A stretch of DNA of 9,308 nucleotides, taken from the NCBI RefSeq assembly GCF_006345805.1, contig NW_021827957.1, forward strand, positions 1 through 9,308, in the 5' to 3' direction. The notes beneath the pieces are model-generated. The model was not told where the DNA came from. It searched no databases and was given only the letters and a program-made list of their open reading frames with translations. Numbering within the stretch: position 1 is the first letter of the stretch; every line of letters starts with the position of its first letter. The stretch is from Octopus sinensis. Taxonomy: Eukaryota. Below, one piece after another: positions 1 to 6,838 of the stretch. Position numbers and translations under genes: made by a program.

Positions 1-142
1 AGATGATTGAACCATATAAAAATGTCTACCCAGTAGAAATAATTTTAGTAGTTTACGTTCATATACTAATTTACACATTAATCACACACTGCACTCGGTC
101 ACTCAACAACGTATCTTTCCATATATCTCGCAATACTTTCCC

Positions 143-212
143 ACATACATACATACATACATACATAATACACACATACGTACGTACGTACATGCGCACA
201 GACACACGTACA
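143..212. repeat. Compound (ACAT)n/(GTAC)n/(AC)n microsatellite
   Basis: acatacatacat... followed by tacgtacgtacgtac and cacacacg runs, seen directly. Confidence 0.85.
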
Positions 213-348
213 CGTTTATCTAACTACTGTGACACTTCAGTAAACAATATATACGTATTGATAAAACGAAGATAAATAATCCTCTCACGATTGTCAAGTA
301 TTTATTTGCTTGGACTTAGTTTATATGTTTTTATATATTTGTAGTTTA

Positions 349-414
349 TGTGTGTGTGTGGTGTGTGTGTGTGTGTGTGTGTCTATGTGTGTGTGTGTCT
401 GTGTGTATGTGTGT
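349..414. repeat. (TG)n microsatellite, imperfect
   Basis: Near-continuous tgtgtg run with a few interruptions. Confidence 0.95.
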
Positions 415-464
415 GCATTTGTACTTTTTGCATTATTTTTTTTATAGTGTCTGGTTTCTTATCA

Positions 465-550
465 GTTGTAGTAGTAGTATCAGTAGCAGCAGCAGCAGCA
501 GTTAGTAGTAGTAGTAGTCATGGTGGTGGTAGTGGTGGTGGTGGTAATAG
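465..550. repeat. Compound trinucleotide microsatellite (GTA)n-(GCA)n-(GTA)n-(GGT)n
   Basis: Successive gta, gca, gta and ggt triplet runs. Confidence 0.9.
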
Positions 551-632
551 TTTTACAAATTCAAGATGGGACAGTTGAAATTCTTATGCGACCTAGTCAA
601 TGAAGTGTGTATGTGGCCGTGATTTGGTGTGT

Positions 633-634
<2 letters not shown>

Positions 635-674
<40 letters not shown>

Positions 675-773
675 AGAGAGAGAGAGAGAGAGAGATAGAT
701 AGATAGATAGATAGATATAATAGATAGATAGATAGGATAGATAGATAGATTAGATATATAGATAGATAGTAGG

Positions 774-805
<32 letters not shown>

Positions 806-826
806 ATATATATAGTATATGATAGA
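635..826. repeat. Compound (TA)n-(GA)n-(GATA)n microsatellite
   Basis: TA run 635-672, GA run ~673-694, then a degenerate GATA array. Confidence 0.95.
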
Positions 827-844
827 TATGAGAGTTGCTAGCCA

Positions 845-1010
845 TTACACATTCTTTATTTTCTCTCCTTGTTTCTTTCTGTGTTCTTTTCTGTGGAAGA
901 GCGTAGTCTCGAAACGTTAAAGACGTTTTCCCTTCCCGAGCGTTATATTAATACATCTGTTTGTTTCTACACCACCTGTCTTCGTCTTTTGTCTTTTGTG
1001 AATTCTCCCC
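845..1010 (+). mobile_element. Short Penelope-pLTR-like repeat fragment with a degenerate hammerhead-like motif (891-927)
   Basis: CTGTGGA-A-GAG(cgtagt)CTC-GAAA-CGT(taaag)ACG-TT reproduces the stem II / GAAA / stem III layout of a type I hammerhead. The core is mutated (CTGTGGA instead of CTGANGA) and no stem I pairing is visible. Boundaries are inferred from the flanking microsatellites. Confidence 0.35.
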
Positions 1011-1011
1011 C

Positions 1012-1045
<34 letters not shown>

Positions 1046-1146
1046 GTGTGTATATATATATTTATATATGATATATATAATATATATATATTGTATTGTG
1101 TGTGTGTGTGTTATATATATGTATATACATACAATATATATATATA
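1012..1146. repeat. Compound (TA)n/(TG)n microsatellite
   Basis: Alternating TA and TG runs. Confidence 0.9.
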
Positions 1147-1204
1147 ATTAATAGGGGAAATATGTTCGATTAAACCCTTTAGGGCAGTACTTCAACTTTT
1201 TCAT

Positions 1205-1450
1205 GTGTGGTCATGGTGGTGGTGGTGGTGGGATTGGCAGTGGTGATGACGGTGGTGGTGGTGGTTGTGACGGCGGTGGTCGTGGTTGTGACGGTGGTGA
1301 CGGTGGTGGCGGTGGTGGTGAGGCTGGTAGTGAGGGCGGTGGTGTGGGTGGTAGCAGCATTTGATGAGGTAGAGGTGTTGATGGCAGTTGGAATCGGAGA
1401 TATCGTTCAATATGGCGGTAATAATAGTGGCGGATACTTGTGGTGTTGAC
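1205..1450. repeat. Cryptic (GTG/GGT)n low-complexity triplet tract
   Basis: Degenerate gtggtg/gtgacg/gttgtg triplets, G/T-rich on the + strand. Confidence 0.85.
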
Positions 1451-1454
1451 GGTG

Positions 1455-1484
1455 GAGTAGTAGTAGTAATAGTAGTAGTAGTAG

Positions 1485-1528
<44 letters not shown>

Positions 1529-1557
1529 TGTAGTTGTTGTAGTAATAGTAGTAGTAT

Positions 1558-1601
<44 letters not shown>
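1455..1601. repeat. (TAG)n microsatellite
   Basis: Long, nearly perfect agtagtagt run with a few ttg/aat interruptions. Confidence 0.97.
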
Positions 1602-1602
<1 letters not shown>

Positions 1603-1697
1603 GCCGTCTATCTGCTTCGATGTTGTAAAACAGTTTGTCAGCATTTGTCACAATAAACTGAAATTTACTCCAAAGCAATTACGATGTTATCTTACGT

Positions 1698-1884
1698 TAA
1701 CAACAACAACAACATCAACAATAGTAGCAGCAGTAGCACCACTACCATCACCACGACCATCATTACCACTGCTAATACTGCCACCAACAAGCACCACCAC
1801 CACTGCCGCGGTCAACACCACCACCAACACAAATACCACCTCTGTTATCACCAACATCAGCGCGGCCACCATCACCACCAACAC
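1698..1884. repeat. Cryptic (CAA/CAC/ACC)n low-complexity triplet tract
   Basis: aacaacaac, caccac and catcac triplets, A/C-rich on the + strand. Confidence 0.85.
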
Positions 1885-1928
1885 TGACTGGTACCGTTTT
1901 CACACGTCCGGGTGAATACGAATTTGGT

Positions 1929-1930
<2 letters not shown>

Positions 1931-1970
<40 letters not shown>

Positions 1971-2008
1971 GTTGTGTGTGTGTGGTGTGTGTGTTTGTAT
2001 ATATATAT

Positions 2009-2059
<51 letters not shown>

Positions 2060-2070
2060 TATATCTAATA

Positions 2071-2113
<43 letters not shown>
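1931..2113. repeat. (TA)n microsatellite with an internal (TG)n block
   Basis: Long TA runs with a TG block at ~1966-1997. Confidence 0.95.
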
Positions 2114-2117
<4 letters not shown>

Positions 2118-2305
2118 CATAGAAGTAAATATGGCACAACGAAGTACCGATATTTACTGGAAATAGCGAACGTAATAATACGACGCTAATGTATAGCTTC
2201 ACCGCGTATGTACTAGCAAAAATGCGTGAGTGCAACAAACTTGAAAAAATTGCCTTACCTCCAGGGAGAACATCTGAAAGATGAAATACCTAGAAAAGGA
2301 TAACG

Positions 2306-2381
2306 TGGGACCGGGAGCCGGTTTCAGATTTTTTTATCAAGATTGCCTGCACACATATACTTGATCTATCTTCATCAGCCA
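2306..2381 (-). ncRNA. Type I hammerhead ribozyme (inverted-arm copy)
   Basis: The minus strand reads TGG | CTGATGA (2378-2372) | AGAT...TCAAG...CTTGA...ATCT | GAAA (2325-2322) | CCGG-CTC-CCGG | TC | CCA. Predicted cleavage is after GUC, between 2309 and 2308. Confidence 0.8.
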
Positions 2382-2690
2382 AACATATACACCGACAACA
2401 TTTCAGATGTTACCACATTAATGCCTATACACTCGACTGAAACGCCAAACGCTAACAGAACGAGAACGGTGAAGAAGTTTCAATCATATCGGTACTTCGT
2501 TGTGCCATATATTTACTTTTATGTATAATTTTCCCTCACGAGCTATTCTTTACTGAAAGCAATACTCTCGTATTGCATTACTAATTTTATTGAAACTTCT
2601 TCACGTTCTCGTTCTGTTAGCGTTTTGGCGTTTCATCGAGTGTATTGGCATTAATGTGGTAACATCTGAAATGTTGTCGTGGTATATGTT

Positions 2691-2761
2691 TGGCTGATGA
2701 AGATAGATCAAGTATATGTGTGCAGGCATATCTTGAAAATCTGAAACCGGCTCCGGTCCCA
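2691..2761 (+). ncRNA. Type I hammerhead ribozyme
   Basis: Stem I TGG(2691-2693)/CCA(2759-2761), extendable with bulges (GGTA.ATG / CAT.TATC). Core CTGATGA at 2694-2700. Stem II AGAT/ATCT + TCAAG/CTTGA + ATATG/CATAT with loop TGTGCAGG. GAAA at 2743-2746. Stem III CCGG-CT-CCGG-T. GUC triplet at 2756-2758, cleavage after 2758. The stem II closing pair is A-U rather than the usual G-C. Confidence 0.85.
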
Positions 2762-3030
2762 CATTATCCTTTTCTAGGTATTCATCTTTCAGATGTTCTC
2801 CCTGGAGGTAAGACAATTTTTTTCAAGTTTGTTGTACTCACGCATTTTTGCTAGTACATACGCGGTGAAGCTATACATTAGCGTCGTATTATTACGTTCG
2901 CTATTTCCAGTAAATATCGGTACTTCGTTGTGCCATATATTTACTTCTATGTATAATTTTCCCTCACGAGCTATTCTTTACTGGAAAGCAATACTCTCGT
3001 ATTGCATTACTAATTTTATTGAAACTTCTT

Positions 3031-3244
3031 CAGGATACTGGGGGTGTAAGCGTACACATGGTCACACACAGACACACACGCATGCACATACGCACATATA
3101 CTGTGTATACGGTATAACGTGATTAAATCATGATTTATCTTTATCTGTAAATGTACAATTCTATATATATACACATTCATGTACATTTCTATTTATAATT
3201 ATCTAAAAATATATTACTTCTATCTACATTTCGCAAATAAATCC
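3031..3244 (+). repeat. Ectopic 214-bp partial copy of the start of the 4941/6896 duplicated unit
   Basis: caggatactgggggtgtaagcgtacacatgg...tcgcaaataaatcc is near-identical to 4940-5182 (which carries an extra 28-bp tandem duplication) and to 6896-7108. Confidence 0.95.
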
Positions 3245-3349
3245 TGTTTTTCTAAGACCTGTAAAAGAACTAGGAACGTTGTGCCTCTATCCAGGCCTTT
3301 ATCGACACCCTTAAAGCCAGAAACCGTTCAGCACCTTCTCATATGTATA

Positions 3350-3380
3350 TATGAGGGTGGTTGAAAAGTTCATTGGCTGA
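3350..3380. other. Mariner terminal inverted repeat with TA target dinucleotide
   Basis: TA-TGAGGGTGGTTGAAAAGTTCATTGGCTGA lies ~40 bp beyond the end of the transposase homology and resembles the mariner TA-CGAGGG...TTGAAAAGT termini. The partner TIR is not in the window. Confidence 0.7.
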
Positions 3381-3973
3381 GCAAGATTCTCTCAAGGTAT
3401 GTGGCCAAATGAGTTCTCATTGCGGTCCACACATACCTTCAATCGGTGATGCTGTGCTTGGATCCCATTGGTAAAAAAAAACTTTCATCCTGTTGATTAA
3501 AACCGTCATCAACAACTGTTATGACGCCATCATCACTGTGATACTGGTTCCCAGACAAGTGCTTTTTTTATGTTGAGGAACAGATGACAGTCAGGGCAAC
3601 AGGGAGGGTGATCAACCTGTTCAAAGCCACAGTTTTGCACAGCAGCCACTGAAACTAAGGACGTGTGTGCTGGAGCGTTGCCCTGATGAAACAACACTCT
3701 TTACGTCAATTCTGCCGAGCGTTTGGTCTCGATAGCTTTTCGTAACAACGTCAGGCATGTTGGCATAGTACTCTCCATTGATGATGTGACCCTTTTGAAG
3801 ATAGTCAATTAACACAACGCATTTTGCATCCCGAGAAACAAAGGCCACCACCGTCCCTGTATGTGAAACGAACTTGGCCTTTTTTGGAGCAGGTGAGGAG
3901 GGGGTGTTTCAACTGCATGGATTGTCTCTTTGTCTCTGGCTAAAAAGGATGAGGGTGACACTCGTCCTGATTT
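3350..3973 (-). mobile_element. Degraded mariner DNA transposon, 3' half (DD34D domain; Himar1/irritans-like), with one terminal inverted repeat
   Basis: Minus-strand conceptual translation across frameshifts and a stop: NQDE..H.F*PETKRQSMQLKHP / VVAFVSRDAKCVVLIDYLQKGHIINGEYYAN / VLFHQGNAPAHTS...CGFEQVDHPPCCPDCHLF..KKHLSGNQYHSDDGV...FFTNGIQ. These match the mariner motifs xDETW, VFWD...IDYL.KG.TIN..YY, FHQDNAPxH and HPPYSPDLAPSDF.LF. The subfamily call is from memory. Confidence 0.9.
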
Positions 3974-3987
3974 AGGAAACGTTGAAG

Positions 3988-4175
3988 GGCATGGTGGGGC
4001 ACCGCTTCGAAGGGTTTTAGTCGAACAAACCGATTCTTGGACTTATTTTTTGAAGCGTACTATATATTCTGTTGGTCTCTTTTGTCGAACTGCTAGCTTA
4101 CGGGGACCGTAAACACACTGACACCGGTGTCAAGCGATGGTGGAGGACAAATACAAACACACATATACGACAGGC
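3988..4175 (-). mobile_element. Diverged 3'-half fragment of the tRNA-derived CORE-type SINE family
   Basis: Aligns by eye with 8755-8961 (catg.tgg.gcaccgc...tttagtcga.caaa.cga...ggacttatt...acggggac.gtaaacacac...gtcaagc.atg...atatacgacaggc). It abuts the truncated end of the mariner. Confidence 0.8.
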
Positions 4176-4179
4176 GATC

Positions 4180-4180
<1 letters not shown>

Positions 4181-4237
<57 letters not shown>
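4181..4237. repeat. Perfect (TA)n microsatellite
   Basis: Uninterrupted TA run. Confidence 0.97.
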
Positions 4238-4239
<2 letters not shown>

Positions 4240-4399
4240 GAGTAAGCACATAAATGTGAAACAAGGTGAAAAAAGAGTACTCAAATACCAGAGTTAGAGT
4301 AATATGCTTTATTACCACAACTGTCCGACGAACGGAAACGTGGAAGCTCTGAGTAACAGCTTTTGTTATATTTCTCTGCTGCTTTTAAATAAAGTATAT
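4238..4399 (+). mobile_element. Short Penelope-pLTR-like repeat containing a minimal hammerhead-like motif and AATAAA
   Basis: Hammerhead-like fold at 4321-4359 and AATAAA at 4388-4393. An 11/12 inverted repeat (4302-4313 / 4388-4399) brackets the motif. The stretch gtactcaa.tac..agagt..agtaat..ttatt is shared with 8303-8337. Confidence 0.5.
4321..4359 (+). ncRNA. Minimal type I hammerhead-like motif, variant or degenerate core
   Basis: CTGT | CCGACGA | ACG-GAAA-CGT | GGAAG | CTC-T-GAG | TA | ACAG. Stem I CTGT/ACAG is a perfect 4 bp, stem II is 3 bp with a GNRA loop, stem III is 3 bp with a 1-nt loop, and the triplet is GUA. Deviations: U4 is C, and GGAAG replaces GAAA. Confidence 0.5.
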
Positions 4400-4461
4400 A
4401 TATATTATACACACGCACGCACACACACACAACACACACACACACACACACACACCCACAC

Positions 4462-4499
<38 letters not shown>

Positions 4500-4553
4500 G
4501 AGAGAGAGAGAGACGATAGATATAGACAGACAGATAGATAGATGAAGATAGAT

Positions 4554-4598
<45 letters not shown>

Positions 4599-4600
4599 GT
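4395..4600. repeat. Compound (TA)-(CA)-(TA)-(GA)-(GATA) microsatellite
   Basis: Successive dinucleotide and tetranucleotide runs. Confidence 0.95.
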
Positions 4601-4609
4601 AGATATACA

Positions 4610-4887
4610 CTACTGACATACCCGGTATTCCCGGAAAAGCGGGGCTTATCCCCTGGTCCCGTCCTCATAACTGTTTCGCTAATCCAGTAGCAACAATACA
4701 AAGTACGTGTATTTACAGAGAATACCGAACCGTCTTACATAGGATCTTGTCTTTAGGAAATCCCAATAAGTTATGAATACTAAAATATTGAAGTCATTTA
4801 CGTAATAACATGAAATTAGTTACCCAATAGTAACAATTCAAATAAAGTAGTCCTGAAAAGGACTTTAATGCATTATATATATAAAGA
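4610..4887 (-). mobile_element. Probable short non-autonomous Helitron
   Basis: The minus strand begins TCTTTATATATATAA (compare TCTTTATATATAAAA at 6439) and ends with a GC hairpin CCGG-GAATA-CCGG followed by tatgtcaGTAG|T. The terminus is GTAG rather than CTAG, and the 5' flank is a GA microsatellite rather than A. Confidence 0.45.
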
Positions 4888-5840
4888 GAGAGAGAGAGAG
4901 AGAACTAAATTTACATTTACATGGAGCATAAGAAAATATCAGGATACTGGGGGTGTAAGCGTACACATGGTCACACACAGACACACACGCATGCACATAC
5001 GCACATATACTGTGTATACGGTATAACGTGATTAAATCATTATTTATCTTTATCTGTAAATGTACAATTCTATATATATACACATTCATGTACATTTCTA
5101 TATATATACACATTCATGTACATTTCTATTTATAATTATCTAAAAATATATTACTTCTATCTACATTTCGCAAATAAATCCCGAGCAGAAACCGTACGCG
5201 AAAGTAGAGAAAGTCCCATTTTGATAGAGTCATGAATTCCCCAGTGCTTAAACACATGCACTTCTGACATGTGGAGTTATGTCAAACAGCTGCTTTGCGT
5301 GTGGGACGAATGCGATTATCGGTCGAATCCACCCACCTTTAACACAGCCGGGTAGGCAGTAGCCTTCTGTCTAATAGCGATAGCGAGGCTTAAAGGATTG
5401 AGAAAAGACGCGTTCTTCTTCGGTCAGCCCTTATCCACTTTTTTAAGTTCCACTTGGAAACGAAATTGAGGATGGAACCTGAAGTGCTGCCTCCCGGAGA
5501 CTTTGTGAAAAGATGAGTGATTGTGGTAAAAATGGTTTGAGTAAATTACCTAACTCTAGGCATGCGTCTGTAGAATGGAGAACAAAATTTGGTGAGGACA
5601 CATGCCTTTAATAGTCACAGTAATCCTGGGTTTGTGGGGTTCCTTGATTATCCCTTCCCAAGCTGGAGTTTCTCCTGTGACAAGAGGACTGCATCATTCA
5701 CACACTTTGGATACTGCGGCCATACATACTCTACAATGGATAGTATGTATGGCCACAGTCTAATGACCGAAACAGGTGTTAAGAAAAAACTAAAGATGAC
5801 TTAACGTGTGGAAGCATATTGTATCCCAGAGGACGTACAA

Positions 5841-6076
5841 TATTCTTTTATTCTTTTAGATGTTTCAGGCACTTGACTGTGGCCATGCTGGAGCACCGCA
5901 TTAAAGGGGTTTTAGTCGAAGACATTGATCCCCAAGACTTATTCTTTGTAAGCCTAGTGCTTCATCTATATCGCTAATTTTTGCCGAAGATTAAGTTACG
6001 GGGACGTAAACACACACCAACCTCAGTTGTCAAGCGATGGTGAGGGGACAAACACAGACACAAAGTCACACACACG
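5841..6076 (-). mobile_element. 3' half of CORE-type SINE (inside duplication copy 1)
   Basis: tattcttttattctttt tail, then ggccatgctggagcaccgc...ttacggggacgtaaacacac...ttgtcaagc; homologous to 8708-8925. Confidence 0.85.
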
Positions 6077-6092
6077 TAAATATATATATACA

Positions 6093-6206
6093 TGTGTGTG
6101 CGTGCGTATGTGTGTGTGCGTATGTGTGTGTGTGTGTGTGTGTGTGTGTTGTGTGTGTGTGTGCGTATGTGTGTGTGTGTGTGTGTGAGTGTGTGTGTGT
6201 ATGTGT

Positions 6207-6242
<36 letters not shown>
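6093..6242. repeat. (TG)n microsatellite (long allele; the paralogous run at 8015-8062 is much shorter)
   Basis: Direct observation; both copies resume at gtaaccatctcacatcg. Confidence 0.95.
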
Positions 6243-6244
<2 letters not shown>

Positions 6245-6364
6245 CCATCTCACATCGTCTCTCATGAAAGGATATTTATAATGTCCCAGAAACAGCTGCA
6301 AGACCATATTTGTATCTTTTTACTTATGAAATCCTCACAGCCTTGGCATTGTTATCTCATTTTG

Positions 6365-6401
<37 letters not shown>

Positions 6402-6438
6402 ATACCAAAGTGTACGTACGCCGCTATATATATATATA

Positions 6439-6838
6439 TCTTTATATATAAAAGTCAAGTTGTGTGTCTGTCACCTACGATTTAGATTCCTAACTACTCC
6501 CACATTTTGCGGTGCAGTGTAACCAAAAGCGGGTATCTTATAGTCGTGATTCATATCGAGCACTTCTGGGTATTAGCGCGCGTCTACGATTAGTCTACGA
6601 TTTTTAAAATAATTTACCATCATTTTTTTCCATTTTAATGCATTTTTTTCGCTATTATATAAGGGAAGTAACTCACTAAAAATGTCTACGATGAGAGTCA
6701 ACGATTTAAAAAAAAGTTTACCATCACTTTTTTTCCATTTTTAATGCATTTTTTGATATTTTTTGGCTATAACTCTCTAAAAATGCTTATATAGTTATTT
6801 TCCTTACAAGTCCGAGCAACGCCGGGCCATACTGCTAG
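6439..6838 (+). mobile_element. Non-autonomous Helitron (400 bp)
   Basis: Starts A|TC (TCTTTATATATAAAAG) and ends CTAG|T. Subterminal GC hairpin GTCCGAGCAACGCCGGGC at 6810-6827 lies 7 nt before CTAG. Inserted in a TA run with no target-site duplication. Internal ~90-bp imperfect tandem repeat (gtctacgat...tttaccatca...ccatttt.aatgcatttttt at ~6593-6650 and ~6684-6753). Confidence 0.85.

Larger units (their letters stand above)
2114..2955. repeat. Long inverted repeat: arms 2114-2484 and 2589-2955, 104-bp spacer
   Basis: Arms are reverse complements along ~370 bp (tatacatagaagtaaat...gaagaagtttcaat vs attgaaacttcttcac...atttacttctatgtata). By eye there are about 15 differences, mostly 1-2 nt indels. 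Confidence 0.95.
2114..3032. mobile_element. Hammerhead-bearing non-autonomous retroelement (non-LTR retrozyme / Penelope-like): ~428-bp unit with terminal redundancy plus an inverted partial copy
   Basis: Direct repeat 2486-2603 = 2914-3032 (1 substitution, 1 indel; period 428-429 bp). Inverted repeat 2114-2484 vs 2589-2955. One complete type I hammerhead lies in each arm. No coding capacity is recognisable. Confidence 0.7.

Noticed and set aside
3-2189. Many ORFs of 60-175 aa (poly-V, poly-T, poly-S, poly-H, YI and VC repeats)
   Set aside because: They are translations of TA, TG, TAG and GTG microsatellites, which lack stops in some frames; no domain-like sequence.
2114-3032. Repeat-spacer-like organisation suggesting CRISPR
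   Set aside because: Repeats are 118-370 bp, partly inverted, with no regular 25-45 bp repeat/spacer period and no cas genes; the context is eukaryotic.
3027-3033. CTGAAGA on the minus strand
   Set aside because: Created by the junction between the retrozyme end and the orphan copy; no stem II, GAAA or stem III in register.
2343-3122. ORFs 2343-2528 (+), 2601-2816 (-) and 2793-3122 (+), two sharing MPAHIYLIYLHQPNIY
   Set aside because: The shared peptide simply reflects the inverted repeat. Indels between arms break the frames, and the sequence is better explained as structured RNA.
3683-3689. CTGATGA on the plus strand
   Set aside because: It is the antisense of the transposase F-H-Q codons; no hammerhead stems follow.
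4849-4865. AGTCC-TGAAAA-GGACT hairpin resembling hammerhead stem II or a terminator
   Set aside because: No catalytic core on either side or strand, and intrinsic terminators are not meaningful in this eukaryotic context.
5550-5567. Possible 18-nt minus-strand microexon (ttttgttctccattctacag|...ag|gtaatt; also 7477-7494)
   Set aside because: Splice-like motifs of this quality are expected by chance in 9 kb and there is no supporting coding context; only spliced RNA-seq reads could rescue it.
5760-5772. CTAATGA-CC-GAAA next to a long hairpin (also 7687-7699), resembling a type III hammerhead
   Set aside because: G5 is A, there is no stem II, and the bases after GAAA cannot pair with any NUH in register.
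5589-5804. ORFs 5589-5804 and 7502-7690 as a duplicated small-peptide gene
   Set aside because: Starts and ends differ through indels between copies, one uses a non-ATG start, and no recognisable motif is present. The divergence pattern is reported separately as a finding.
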